A stretch of 64,000 nucleotides of DNA from Mobula hypostoma (Eukaryota), in the NCBI RefSeq assembly GCF_963921235.1, contig NC_086108.1, forward strand, positions 111,478,001 through 111,542,000. The letters are read 5' to 3'. The position numbers and the translations under genes were made by a program. The notes beneath the pieces are model-generated. The model saw nothing but the letters and a program-made list of their open reading frames with translations, ran no database searches and had not been told where the DNA came from. Shown here piece after piece: positions 13,176-27,300 of this stretch; within the stretch, counting starts at the first letter, position 1; each line of letters opens with the position of its first letter.

Positions 13176-14114
13176 AACCCACCTATTTAACCCCAGCCTA
13201 ATCACAGAACAAATTACAATGACCAATTATCTTACTAACCGGTACATCTTTGGAATGAGGGAGGGATCCTGAGCACCTGGAGAAAACCCACACATTCACG
13301 GGGACAAACTCCTTACAGACAGCATCAGAATCGCACTCCAATGCCCCAAGCTGCAATACCGTCAGGCTAATTGCTACGCTACTGTGACACCCAACCTGTC
13401 TTGTAAATTAAACTTTTCCATGCTTGCTTGTATTTTTTTAATATACTGTATAATCACTATTACATATTTTCCAGTACATCTGCTTCTGTATTTTCCTTGA
13501 AGCTTTTGTTTTCTACTTGAATCAGGCTATTTTATAGGTTAATTGTTATCAATAGAATTTCTATTATCTCTAGTCTGAGTAATAATTGAGCACAAATGTT
13601 TCCTCCTTTGTCTCATCTTTGTTCTCTTAGTTACTCTTTCTTCATTCATTCTTGCACTTTATACCTCATTCTTACTTCTGAAGAACCTTGTTGGTTCTTC
13701 AGATCCAACAGCAAGTGATGGACAGATCAAAGAGAAGATCTCTGATTTTGAGGTTTGGAATCATAGGACCATAAGACATAGGAGCAAAATTAGGCCATTA
13801 AGTCCATCAAGTCTGCTCCACCATTCCATCAGGGGTGATCTCGGATCCCGCTCAACCTCATACACCTCCCTTCTTACCATCTTCTTTGATGCCCTGACCG
13901 ATCAGGAAACAATCAACTTCCGCCTTAAATATACACACGGGCTTGGCCTCCACTGCAGTCTGTGGCAGAGCATTCCACAGATTTACTACTCTCTGGCTAA
14001 AAAAATTCCTCCTCATCCCTGTTCTAAAGAGTCGTACCTCAATTTTGAGACTGTGCCCTCTATTTCTGGATAGTCGCACCATAGGAAACATCCTCTCCAA
14101 ATCCATCCTATCTA

Positions 14115-16005
14115 ACATAGAACGTAGAATAGTACAGCACAGTACAGGCCCTTCGGCCCACAATGTTGTGCCAACCCTCAAACCCTGCCTCCCATATAAG
14201 CCCCCACCTTAAATTCCTCCAAATACCTGTCTAGTAGTCTCTTAAACTTCACTAGTGTATCTGCCTCCACCACTGACTCAGGCAGTGCATTCCACACACC
14301 AACCACTGAGTAAAAAACCTTCCTCTAATATCCCCCTTGAACTTCCCACCCCTTACCTTAAAGCCATGTCCTCTTGTATTGAGCAGTGGTGCCCTGGGGA
14401 AGAGGCACTGGCTATCCACTCTATCTATTCCTCTTATATCTTGTACACCACTATCATGTCTCCTCTCATCCTCCTTCTCTCCAAAGAGTAAAGCCCTAGC
14501 TCCCTTAATCTCTGATCATAATGCATTCTCTCTAAACCAGGCAGCATCCTGGTGAATCTCCTCTGTACCCTTTCCAATACTTCCACATCCTTCCTATAGT
14601 GAGGTGACCAGAACTGGACACAGTACTCCGTGTGGCCTAAGCAGAGTTTTATAGAGCTGCATCATTACATCACGACTCTTAAACTCCATCCCTCCACTTA
14701 TGAAAGCTAACACCCCATAAGCTTTCTTAACTACCCTATCCACCTGTGAGGCAACTTTCAGGGATCTGTGGACATGTACCCCCAGATCCCTCTGCTCCTC
14801 CACACTACCAAGTATCCTGCCATTTACTTTGTACTGTCTTGGAGTTTGTCCTTCCAAAGTGTACCACCTCACACTTCTCTGGGTTGAACTCCATCTGCCA
14901 CTTCTCAGCCCACTTCTGCATCCTATCAATGTCTCTCTGCAATCTTTGACAATCCTCTATGCTATCTACACCACCACCAACCTTTGTGTCGTCTGCAAAC
15001 TTGCCAAGCCACCCTTCTACCCCCACATCCAGGTCATTCATAAAAGTCATGAAAAGTAGAGGTCCCAGAACAGATCCTTGTGGGACACCACTAGTCACAA
15101 TTCTCCAATCTAAATGTACTCCCTCCACCACCACCCTCTGCCTTCTGCAGGCAAGCCAATTCTGAATCCACCTGGCCAAACTTCCCTGGATACCATGCCT
15201 TCTAACTTTCTGAATAAGCCTACCGTGTGGAACCTTGTCAAATGCCTTACTAAAATCCATATAGATCACATCCACTGCACTACCCTCATCTATATGCCTG
15301 GTCACCTCCTCAAAGAACTCTATCAGGCTTGTTAGACACGATCTGCCCTTCACAAAGCCATGCTGACTGTCCCTGATCAGACCATGATTCTCTAAATGCT
15401 CAGACATCCTATCTCTAAGAATCTTTTCCAACAGCTTTCCCACCACAGACGCAAGGCTCACTTTTCTATAATTACCCGGACTATCCTTACTACCTTTTTT
15501 GAACAAGGGGACAACATTCGCCTCCCTCCAATCCTCCGGTACCATTCCCGTGGACAACGAGGACAAAAAGATCCTAGCCAGAGGCTCAGCAATCTCTTCC
15601 CTCGCCTCATGGAGCAACCTGGGGAATATTCCGTCAGGCCCCGGGGACTTATCCGTCCTAATGTATTTTAACAACTCCAACACCTCCTCTCCCTTAATAT
15701 CAATATGCTCCAGAACATCAACCTCACTCATATTGTCCTCACCATCATCAAGTTCCCTCTCATTGATGAATACTAAAGAGAAGTATTCATTGAGGACCTC
15801 GCTCACTTCCACAGCCTCCAGGCACATCTTCCCACCTTTATCTCTAATCAGTCCTACCTTCACGCCAGTCATCCTTTTTTTCTTCACATAATTGAAGAAT
15901 GCCTTGGGGTTTTCCTTTACCCTACTCGCCAAGGCCTTCTCCTGCCCCCTTCTTGCTCTTCTCAACCCCTTAAGCTCCTTTTGTGCTTCCCTATATTCCT
16001 CAATA
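14115..16005 (-). mobile_element. CR1 LINE RT fragment (386 aa ORF) through the 3' end
   Basis: ORF 14805..15965 with DKSPGPDGI, QHGFVKGRSC, DFSKAFDKV, SGVPQGSVLGP and KFADDTK. Confidence 0.92.
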
Positions 16006-16009
16006 TAAC

Positions 16010-17975
16010 TTCAATATTTGGTAGGTTTCAAATGAGAGCCCCACGCATTCTTCTAAATTCCAATGAGTACAGGCTCAAAGCTGCCAAATGCACCTCATAT
16101 GCTAAACCCTTCGCTCCTGGAATGATCCCCATGAACTTCCTCTGGACTCTCCATTGACAACATATTCTTCCTGAGATATGGGGCCCAAAACTGTTAAGAC
16201 TCCAAGTGTGGCCTGTCTAGTGTCTTATAATGCCTCAGCGTTATCTCCTTGCTTTTACAGTCTATCCCCCCATGAAATAAGTGCCAACATTGCATTGCCT
16301 TCTCTACCACAGACTCCACCTGTAATTTAACCTTCTGGAAGTCTTGCGTGAGGACTCCCAAGTTCCTCTGCACCTCTGGTGTTTGAAACTTCTCCCCATT
16401 TAGATAATAGTCCGCACTATTGATCCTTTCGCCAAAATGCATTATCACACTGTATTCCAACTTGCCGCTTTCTTGCCCATTTTTCTAATTTGTTTAAATC
16501 CTGCTGCAACCGCATTGCTCCCTCAGCGTTACCTACCCCTCCACCTATCTTCATATTGTCCGCAAACTTTGCCACAAAGCCAACAATTCCATTATCTAAA
16601 ACATTGACAAACAAGGTGAAAAGCAGCGGTTCCAATATTGGCCCCTGAGGAACACCACTAGTCACCGGTAGGGAATCAGAAAAGGCCCCTTTTATTCCCA
16701 CTCGCTGCTTCTTGCCTGTTACCATTCCATTATCCATGCCAGTATCTTTCCCATAACGCCACAGGATTTTATCTTGTTAAGCGGCCTCATGTGTGGCACC
16801 TTATTAAACGCCTTCTGAAAATCCAAGCAAATGACATCCACTGTCTCTCCTTTGTTCACCCTGCTTGTTACTTCCTCGAAGAACTCTTAACAGATTTGTC
16901 AGGCAAGATTTCCCTTTACAGAAACCATGCTGACTTTGACTTATTCTATCATTAGTCTCCAAGTACCTCGAAGCCTCACCCTTAATAATAGACTCCAACA
17001 CTTTCCCAACCACTGAGGTATGGCTAACTGGCCTATAATTTCCTTTCTTTTGCCTTCCTCCCTTCTTAAAGAGTGGAGTGACATTACAATCTTCCAGTCC
17101 TCCGGGACCACGTCAGAATCCAGTGATTCTTGATATCATGACCAATGCTTCCATTATCCCTTCAGCAACCTCTCTCAGGACTCTGGGATGTAGTCCATCA
17201 GGTCCAGGTGACTTATCCACCTTAAGACCTTTGAGTTTGCCTAGCACTTTTTCCTTTGTCATAGCAATGGCACTCACTCCTGCTCCCTGACACTCACGAA
17301 GCTCTGGCCCACTGCTAGTGTCTTCCACAGTGAAGACAGATGCAAAGTACCCATTAAGTTCATCTGCCATTTCTTTGTTCCCCATTACTACCTCCCCAGC
17401 ATCATTTTCCAGTGGTCCAATATCAACTCTCACCTCCCTTTTACTCTTTATATAACTGAAAAAACTTTTGGTATCCTGTTTTTTATTCTCAGCTAGTCTG
17501 CGCTCATATCTTATCTTTTCCCTTCTTATAGCTTTTTAGTCGACCTTGTTGGATTTTAAAAGCTTCCCAATCATCCAACTTCCCACTCACTTTTGCTACC
17601 TTTACGCCCTTTTCCTTGGCTTTTATGCAGTCTTTAACTTCCTTTGTCAGGCACAGTTGCCTATGCCTGCCACTTGAGAACCTCTTCCTCTGTGGTAGAT
17701 ATTTGTTTTGTGCCTTGTAAACTATTCCCAGAAACATCTGCCGTATCTGCTCTGCTGTCATCCCCACCAGTACCCTCTGCCAATCCACCTGGGCAAGCTC
17801 CTCTCTCGTACCTCTGTAATTCCCTTTATTCCATTGCCATACATGTGTATCAAGCTCCAGTATGAATTCAATCACATTATGATCTCTGCCTCCTAAGGGT
17901 TACTTTACATTAAACTCTCAAAGGAGATCTCTGTTATTACACAATGCCCAATCTAGGATAGCCTTTCCCTGAGTA
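16010..17975 (-). mobile_element. Older, fragmented CR1 LINE ORF2
   Basis: Successive short (-) ORFs with KSPGPDGLHP, QSQHGFCKGKSC, SGVPQGPILEP and KFADNMK. Confidence 0.85.
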
Positions 17976-18696
17976 GGCATCCTGTCAATGTCCCGCGGTA
18001 ACCTCTGACAGACCTCCACACTATCCACAACACCTCCAACCTTTGTGTCATCAGCAGATTTACTAACCCACCCTTTTACTTCCTCATCCAGGTCATATAC
18101 ATACACATATCATCATCCTGGTACCTATCCCCCTGTCATATTAGTTAAAACCAATTATTTAATTATTTTGTATTTTAATGTTACTAATAGCAAGATTATG
18201 GGACAGGCCTGCCAGGTTGCCTTTACAGAGATGGAAACAGCCAGTGCTCATTGGGAGAATTCTCAGAGGAATGAGGTTTGTTTAGTTGCTTGTTGTGCTC
18301 TATGTTCCTGTGCTGAGCATGCAGGAATGGTGTGTGGCGTCAGAATGTATGGTGACACTTATAGGTTGCCCTCAACACATCCTCGGGTGTGTTGGTTGTG
18401 AACAAACAACACATTTCACTGTATGTTTTGATGTACATGCGACTTGGAATCTTGGAAATGCTGCAATGTGCCCCAGCCAGAGATCATGTTCCCAGGCTTG
18501 TACTGGGTCTCAGTGCAACAATGCAAGAAACCAAGGACAGAAAGATGACATGTTCTATGCTCTAAATCATTGGTGCTGATTAAACTAAAACAGCCTGTCT
18601 GCAAGATTTTAGCTTTCCCCCCCCTGGTTCATCAGGTACTTAACTTCCCAAAACAGAGCCAGACATCAGTCAAAACCTCTAAAGCTGTGCACAAAG

Positions 18697-18862
18697 CAAC
18701 ACACACAAAATGCTGGTGAACGCAGCAGGCCAGACGGCATCCATAGGAAGAAGCACAGTTGACGGTTTGGGCCGAGACCCTTCGTCAGGGCTATCTGAAA
18801 GAAGAGATAGTAAGAGATTGTAAAGTGGGAGGGGGAGGGGGAGATCCGAAATGATAGGAGCT
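18697..18862 (-). mobile_element. Penelope-like terminal-repeat fragment with degenerate hammerhead
   Basis: Same terminal sequence as 24324-24480. The hammerhead GAAA is mutated. Confidence 0.75.
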
Positions 18863-18898
18863 GGGTCAAAATTGTGTGCTGCATCTGCTGGGAACATA

Positions 18899-18904
18899 TT
18901 TATT
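18899..18904 (-). promoter_or_regulatory. Candidate polyadenylation signal (AATAAA) for SSX2IP
   Basis: tttatt on the + strand, ~525 nt downstream of the predicted stop, at the end of the unique AT-rich tract before repeats resume. Confidence 0.4.
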
Positions 18905-19429
18905 GTTATCCCATCCTTCAAAGACTAAAAATTACATTTAAAGTAGAGTCTCAATATATAAATATGTACCTTAAAAAAACTTCATTATACTTCTCTCAGA
19001 ACATTTTACAAGGACCTGATTAAAGTTGAGCAACTGTGGCCTATAGTACTGGTTTGACTTGTGCAAAATTTCTTTAGGCCTCAGATACTATCCCAAGTGG
19101 TTCACATTACTTCAACTAATCAAAATCAAAATTTTTTTTTTTGAAAATTAAAAAATGCATCTATATAAAATCAATAGCAAAACAGAAATAATCAAAAACT
19201 ATAATTCAGCCCCAACTTAAGGAAACCTAGTATATCGATGGAAGTTCATAAAAAGTCATCCAGGATTCTTGATCTACAACAGTTGCCACTCAACATACAA
19301 AGTGCTGCCTGAAGAAAGCTCCAGTAGTCCAATTGTCACCACAATGGGTATAAATGCACATACATTACTCTAAGGACCCCGGATTGTATTGCAGAATCTG
19401 AACTAATAGTTTTATGACTTTTCCACCAG

Positions 19430-19640
19430 TCATTTGAGACTGGGTTCAATTGCAGATCGAAGGAAATTTTCATCCGAGTCCCCTTCATCCCGAGAATGGT
19501 TCCAAACTGCAGAGGACTCTTTGAAAAGTGAGGGATCAGGGCCTGCCTTCGAGGGGCTCCTCCACATCTCATGAGAGATTCCGTTACTGCTCCGGGTCAC
19601 TTCAGAACTCCCCACACCCCTTTTTGGTACATGTCTCAAG
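19430..19640 (-). CDS. SSX2IP: Probable SSX2IP terminal coding exon: (S)LRHVPKRGVGSSEVTRSSNGISHEMWRSPSKAGPDPSLFKESSAVWNHSRDEGDSDENFLRSAIEPSLK*
   Basis: Strong acceptor tttcattttatttccag. Phase 2 entry matches the previous exon, the frame is open to TGA (ORF 19430..19708-), and AT-rich non-repetitive UTR-like sequence follows. Confidence 0.7.
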
Positions 19641-19767
19641 CTGGAAATAAAATGAAAATTATTATTAGAAGACATTCCTGTATTTAGGCCAAATACAAGC
19701 AAAATCACAGCAGGTTCTGAAAAAATTCTTTGATGCAGTTATATTATTGGATGGCAGGATGGAGATA

Positions 19768-20171
19768 CGAGAGGTGATTGATAAGTTCATGGCCTAAGGC
19801 AGGAGGAGTCAATTTCAGAAAACCTAGCACATTTATTTTTCAACATAGTCTCCTCCTACATGTACACACTTAGTCCAGCGGTCATGGAGTATATACAGCT
19901 CTCGTTACATACACGTGCAGTTCAACTCGGAGTGAAGCTGCAGAAAGTTTGAAGTTTCTCCTCATCTCTTTCTACTTTAGGCCACAAACTTATTAATCAC
20001 TCCTGCTGTGGACCACTTCTGGAGGTCTAAGACACCAAGTTCTTCAAAGAAGGGATCCGTATGCTCCACGATCGCTGGACTAAGTGTGTAAATGTAGGAA
20101 AAATAAATGTGCTAGTTTTTCTAAAATTGACTCCTTCTACCTTAGGCCACAAACTTATCAATCACCCCTCG
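19768..20171. mobile_element. Mariner-type MITE with ~70 bp terminal inverted repeats
   Basis: cgagaggtgattgataagtt...cctagcacatttattttt is inverted at ~20100-20171. TA on the left flank (CA on the right). Inserted inside another repeat ~130 nt from the last SSX2IP acceptor. Confidence 0.75.
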
Positions 20172-22899
20172 CATGTCTCTACCAAGGAGGTGTAAGGCAC
20201 TCCTTCCCTCTGCTAGCCTGCAGTCACCCTTTTTGCAAGGTGTACCATCTGCTTAGCCCCCCTGATCTGGGTCACATAAAGCCATGGGAGCAGGTGGTGG
20301 ATGGTCATAGGAGCAGCCGGTGCATATCACAAGCCCTGGTTATGCGACCACTGACACCAGGCAGACGATCTCTGAAGAGTATTGATAATGGCTGGGGTCA
20401 CCCATCTTGTAAAGACACTGCTCAGAAGAAAGCAATGGCAACCCATCTTTGAAGAAAAAGTTGCCAAGAACATTGCTCACGTCATCCAACACAGTGCATT
20501 ATGAATATTACTGCATTGCTGCAGTAGAAACACAATGAAATAAAGCATTTGCAAAGCACTTTGCTTTTCCCAGCTTAATGAAAGGCAGAATTCAGTGTTT
20601 TTCCTCTCTCCCTCTCTCTTTACTAAGTTTTTGTGTTTTTTTAAAACAAAGATAATCAAACCACAGTAGGTCAGTGGCAGGGTCCTGACAAGTGTTGTGG
20701 AACACAGGGACCTGGTAGTACAAGTGCAGTATATTGAAAGGTGCTGTACAAGTAGGCAGGGTAGGTAGCCAGTCATTCAGCATGTTGGCCTTCAGTGTGG
20801 ACAGTGAGTTTAGAAGCAGGGACAACACATTGTAGTTAAACAAGTCACTCGTGAGGCTGCATTACGAGTACTGAGTGCTGTTTTAGTTACCCTGTTATAG
20901 GAAAGTCATTGTCAAGATGGAGAGTGTGCAGAAAGAGTACAAGGATCCTGCTGGACAGGAGGGCCTGAGCTTTAGGGAGAGGTTGTCACGCTGGATCTTT
21001 ATTCCTGGGAGTGCAGGACAGTGAGGGGGGATCTCATACAAGTTTTTAAAATCACGAGGGGTCTTGATCAGGTGGGCGGTCATAGTATATTTCCCAGGGT
21101 TGGGGAGTCCAAAACTAGAAGGCACAGGTACAAAAGAGAAGAGATTTAACACAGAACTGAAATGGAACTTCTTTCACAGAGTAGCTGGAATGAGCCGTCA
21201 GAGGAAGTGGTCATGGCAGAAACAATGTAACATTTAAAAGGCATTTGTGGGTACATGGAGGAGAAGTGCTTGGATGGTTATGGGCCAAATACAAAGGCAA
21301 CTGGGACTAGCAGGGAGAATGCTGAGGTCAGCATGGTCCAGCTGGGGTGAAGGGCCAGTTCCAGGCCAAGCCAGTATCTAATTATCAATCCCTAGTTGCC
21401 ATTGAGAGGTGGTGGTGAGCTGCCTTCATGAACTGCTGCACTCTGAGATGTGGGGTATACACATGGTGCTATAAAGATAAAAGATTATAAAAATTTGCTT
21501 TGTCACATGTACATCAAAACATAACGAAATGTGTCATTTGTGTTAACGATTAACACAATCCGAGGATGCTGAGGGCAGCCCACAACGCACTAAACCTAAC
21601 CTGTTCACCTTTGAAATACGAGAGGAAACTGCAGTTCCTACGGGAAACCCATGTGGTCATGGGGAGAATGTACAAATTCCTTGCACATCTGTGGGAATTG
21701 AAATCCGATTGCTGATGTTGTGAAGAGTTATGCTAACCCCTGGACTACCGTGGTGTGCTCAGATAGCGTGCTTCTTGGAAGGAAACCTTCAGGTAGTGTT
21801 CCTATTCTCCTTGGCATTGCAGATGGTTGGAATCGTGGGTCTGGGCAGGACAAGCAGAGTAAACCGAGTACACTGTGGTACGCTCTGCGGCTACTGTGCA
21901 TCAGTGCTGAACCGATTGCATGTCCCAGGTGAGGGACTGCATACCAAGCATGTGTCCAGTCATGCTGAGCACCAGTGTTGTCAGATGTGCACTCAGTCGG
22001 GCGGGGGGGGGGTGTAACAAGGTAGCGTTTCGGCACCAGCAACACAGTTCCATTCCCACCGACATCTGTAAGATCATGTGGATTTCCACCGGCTGCTCCT
22101 GCTTCCTCCCACAGTTCAAAGATATACAGCTTAGATGAGGGTTAGTAGGCTGTGGGAATCCTGTGTTGGCACTAGGTGGCTACATGCAGGCTGCCTCCAA
22201 CATAATCCTCAAACGACATACCTCGCCATGTTTTGATGTACATGTGGCAGAGTTAACATTTGTACTCAAGAGACAGCAGCCCTATGAGAAGGTGATGAGC
22301 TGCAGCTCCTGAGGTATAGTGTACACAACAATGTACAGGATATTTCCTCATGCTCTGAATTGTGCTTTGTCTATGGTGGAAAGGTCAGGAGAGTCAGGAG
22401 ACAAGTATTTCAACAATGATTAGCTCACCTCTGATCTTTAGGATAGTGTAATGCTTTACAACACCAGCAATCAGGGTTCAATTCAGTGCCACGGTCACGT
22501 AGCAGTTAGTGCAACACTAACAGCTCAGGCATTAGGAACTCAGAGATCAAATCCGAAGACATCTGTAAGGAGTCTGTACGTTTTCCCTGTGACAGTGTGG
22601 GTTTCCTCCCACATTCCAAATACATATGGGCTAGTAACGGTTTGTAAATTGTGAGCACGGATGGCGATGCTAGAAGCATAGTGACATCTGTGACCTGATC
22701 ACAGCAAACATTCAGGGTACTTTGGTCACCAACCCATGGAAAGTTCATTGTATGTTTCAATGTACATGTGACAAATAAAGCATCTTTATCTTTAGTACGG
22801 GACTGTTGAAAGTATAAAGAAATTAGCTACTTATCATGAATTAGTACAAATATTCAGTGTTGTACCATTTTCAATATACCATTTTAACAAGTGTTAAGC

Positions 22900-23562
22900 A
22901 ATTTCAAGTTCCTAGGTGTCAAGATCTCTGAGGATCTAACCTGGTCCAAACATATTGATGTAGTTATAAAGAAGACAAGATGGTAGCTATACTCCATTAG
23001 GAGTTTGAAGAGATTTGGCATGTCAACAAATACACTTAAAAACTTCTACAGATGTACTGTGGAGAGCATTCTGACAGGCTGCAGCACTGTCTGGTATGGA
23101 GGGGCTACTGCACAGGACCGAAAGAAGCTGCAGAAGATTGTAAATCTAGTCAGCTCCATTTTGGGTACTAGCCTACAAAATACCCAGGACACCTTTAGGG
23201 AGCGGTGTCTCAGAAAGGTAGCGTCCATTATTAAGGACCGCCAGCACCCAGGACATGCCTTTTTTTCACTGTTACCATCAGGTGGGAGATACAGAAGCCT
23301 GAAGAAACACACTCAGTGATTCAGGAACAGCTTCTTCCCATCTGCCATCTGATTCTTAAATGGACATTGAACTTTTGGACACTACCTCACTTTTTAAAAA
23401 AATGTACAGTATTTCTGTTTTTGCACATATTTAAAATCTATTCAATATACATATACTGTAATTGACTTGTTTATTTATCTTTCCTCTGCTAGATTATGTA
23501 TTGCATTGACCTGCTGTTACTAAGTTAATAAATTTTGGTGATAAGAAACCTGATTCTGATTC
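22900..23562 (+). mobile_element. Rex1-like non-LTR retrotransposon 3' fragment
   Basis: ORF 23005..23319 (TLKNFYRCTVESILTGCSTVWYG..HPGHAFFSLLPSGGRYRS). Ends in a (tgattc)n tail. Confidence 0.8.
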
Positions 23563-24323
23563 TAGAGAAAGTGGTTGAGGTGGGTACAATACAGCTGTTG
23601 GATAGGTGCAGGGATTGGAAAGGTATGGAAGGTCATAGGCCAAGTGACAGCAAATGGAACTAGCTTAGATGGACCAGTGGGCCAAAGGGCCTGTTTACCC
23701 ACTGTATGACTGACTCATTAAGCAAAGCAGCGGACAGGAAGAATCCCTTTTGCAGTAAGAGACTTGGACCAGCTGGACAACAGTAATACCTACGTCAGGC
23801 TATTATTTATTGATTACAGCTCAGTGTTCAACACCATCATACCTGTAACCCGTGCTTCTGCATCTCCCTCTGTAACTGCACGCTTAACGTCCCCATCCTG
23901 GGCCCAAAATATTGACGCAATTACAGACAACATGACCTACCAAATCTCCTCCAACTCCCGAATGAAATACAGCCAAAGACTCCAGCAAATTTCTGCAGAG
24001 GTAGCATTCTAACCGGTTGCATCACTGTCAGGTATGGGGGAGGGGCCACCGCACAGGATTGAAAAAAGCTGCAGAAAATTGCAAAATGAGCCAGCTCCAC
24101 ATGGGTACTAGCCCTCCATATCCCTACTATCCATGTACCTATCCAGACTTCTCTTAAATGTTGAAATCAAGCTTCCATGCACCACTTGTGCTGGCAGCTC
24201 ATCCACATTCTCACGGCCCTCTGAGTGAAAAAGATTCCCCTCATGTTCCTCTTAAACTTCTTACATTTCACTCTTAAAGCCATGACCTCTGATCATAGTC
24301 CCACCCAATCTCAGTGGAATAAG

Positions 24324-27300
24324 CAACACACAAAGTTGCTGGTGAACGCAGCAGGCCAGGCAGCATCTCTAGGAAGAGGTACAGTCGACGTTTCAGGTCG
24401 AGACCCTTCGTCAGGACTAACTGAAAGAAGAGTTAGTAAGAGATTTGAAAGTGGGAGGGGGAGGGGGAGATCCAAAATGATAGGAGAAGACAGGAGGGGG
24501 AGGGATGGAGCCAAGAGCTGGACAGGTGATTGGCAAAAGCGATATGAGAGGATCATGGGACAGGAGGTCCGGGGAGAAAGACAAGGGGGGGGGGGAACCA
24601 GAGGATGGGCAAGGGGTATAGTCAGAAAGACAGAGGGAGAAAAAGGAAGGTGAGAGAAAGAATGTGTGTATAAAAATAAATAACAGATGGGGTACGAGGG
24701 GGAGGTGGGGCATTAGCGGAAGTTAGAGAAGTCAGTGTTCATGCCATCAGGTTGGAGGCTACCCAGACGGAATATAAGGTGTTGTTCCCCCAACCTGAGT
24801 GTGGCTTCATCTTTACAGTAGAGGAGGCCGTGGATAGACATGTCAGAATGGGAATGGGATGTAGAATTAAAATGTGTGGCCACTGGGAGATCCTGCTTTC
24901 TCTGGCGGACAGAGCGTAGGTGTTCAGCAAAGCGGTCTCCCAGTCTGCGTCGGGTCTCGCCAATATATAGAAGGCCACATCGGGAGCACCGGACGCAGTA
25001 TATCACCCCAGCCGACTCACAGGTGAAGTGTCACCTCACCTGGAAGGACTGTTTGGGGCCCTGAATGGTGGTAAGGGAGGAAGTGTAAGGGCATGTGTCG
25101 CACTTGTTCTGCTTACAAGGATAAGTGCCAGGAGAGAGATCAGTGGGGAGGGATGGGGAGGGGTACGAATGGACAAGGGAGTCGCGTAGGGAGCGATCCC
25201 TGCGGAAAGCGGGGGGGGGCAGAGGGAAAGATGTGCTTAGTGGTGGGATCCCGTTGGAGGTGGCGGAAGTTACAGAGAATAATATGTTGGACCCGGAGGC
25301 TGGTGGGGTGGTAGGTGAGGGTCAGGGGAACCCTATTCATAGTGGGGTGGCAGGAGGATGGAGGGAGAGCAGATGTACGTGAAATGGGGGAGATGCATTT
25401 GAGAGCAGAGTTGATAGTGGAGGAAGGGAAGCCCCTTTCTTTAAAAAAGGAGGACATCTCCCTCATCCTGGAATGAAAAGCCTCATACTGAGAGCAGATG
25501 CGGTGGAGACAGAGGAACTGCGAGAAGGGGATGGCATTTTTGCAAGAGACAGGGTCAGAAGAGGAATAGTCCAGATAGCTGTGAGATTCAGGAGGCTTAT
25601 AGTAGACATCAGTGGATAAGCTGTCTCCAGAGACAGAAAGATCTAGAAAGGGGAGGGAGGTGTCGGAAATGGACCAGGTAAACTTGAGGGCAGGGTGAAA
25701 GTTGGAGGCAAAGTTAATAAAGTCAACGAGCTCAGCATGCGTGCAGGAAGCAGCGCCAATGCAGTCGTCGATGTAGCGAAGGAAAAGTGGGGGACAGATA
25801 CCAGAATAGGCACGGAACATAGATTGTTCCACAAAGCCAACAAAAAGGCAGGCATAGCTAGGACCCATACCAGTGCCCATAGCTACACCTTTAGTTTGGA
25901 GGAAGTGGGAGGAGCCAAAGGAGAAATTATGAAGAGTAAGGACTAATTCCGCTAGACGGAGCAGAGTGGTGGTAGAGGGGAACTGATTAGGTCTGGAATC
26001 CAAAAAGAAGCGTAGACATGCAGAAATGAGTTCGGTGGGGCAGGAGCAAGCTGAGACAATAGGTCTGCCAGGACAGGCAGGTTTGTGGATCTTGGGTAGG
26101 AGGTAGAAACGGGAAGTGCGAGGTGTGGGAACTATAAGGTTGGTAGCAGTGGATGGGAGATCCCCTGAGCGGATAAAGTCGGTGATGGTGTGGGAGACAA
26201 TGGCCTGGTGCTCCTTAGTGGGGTCACGATCGAGGGGTAAATAACAGGAGGTATCCACGAGTTGTCGCTGTGCCTCGGCAAGGTAGAGGTCAGTATGCCA
26301 GACTACAACAGCACCCCTCTTATTGGCGGGTTTAATAATAAGGTTAGCATTAGTGCGGAGGGAGTGGAGAGCAGAGCGTTCCGGAGGAGTGAGGTTGGAA
26401 TGGGAACAAGGTGCGGTGAAGTCGAGACGGTTGATGTCCCGTCTGCAGTTAGCGATAAAGAGATCCAGAGCAGGCAGAAGACCAGAGCGGGGTGTCCATG
26501 AAGAAGAGGAGGGTTGAAGATGGGAGAAGGGGTCATTGGTAGGGGTGGAAGAGTCCTTGCCGAAGAAGTAGGCTCGGAGACAGAGACGGTGGAAGAAGAA
26601 TTCTGCATCGTGGCGAACTCGTTTCTGCATACCTCGACACGGTTTTATCCCCCCTTGTTCAATCCCTTCCTACCTATGTTCGTGACACTTCTCACGCTCT
26701 TAAACTTTTCGATGATTTTAAGTTCCCTGGCCCCCACCGCTTTATTTTCACCATGGATGTCCAGTCCCTATATACTTCCATCCCCCATCAGGAAGGTCTC
26801 AAAGCTCTACGCTTCTTTTTGGATTCCAGACCTAATCAGTTCCCCTCTACCACCACTCTGCTCCGTCTAGCGGAATTAGTGCTTACTCTTAATAATTTCT
26901 CCTTCGGCTCCTCCCACTTCCTCCAAACTAAAGGTGTAGCTATGGGCACCCGTATGGGTCCTAGCTATGCCTGCCTTTTTGTTGGCTTTGTGGAACAATC
27001 TATGTTCCGTGCCTATTCTGGTATCTGTCCCCCACTTTTCCTTCGCTACATTGACCACTGCATTGGCGCTGCTTCCTGCACGCGTACTGAGCTCGTTGAC
27101 TTTATTAACTTTGCCTCCAACTTTCACCCTGCCCTCAAGTTTACCTGGTCCATTTCCGACACCTCCCTCCCCTTTCTAGATCTTTCTGTCTCTGGAGACA
27201 GCTTATCCACTGATGTCTACTATAAGCCTCCTGACTCTCACAGCTACCTGGACTATTCCTCTTCTCACCCTGTCTCTTGCAAAAATGCCATCCCCTTCTC

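Noticed and set aside
18757..18792. Sense hammerhead just downstream of the candidate SSX2IP poly(A) signal, as a termination aid
   Set aside because: The essential GAAA is mutated (cccaaaccgtc), so it is probably inactive.
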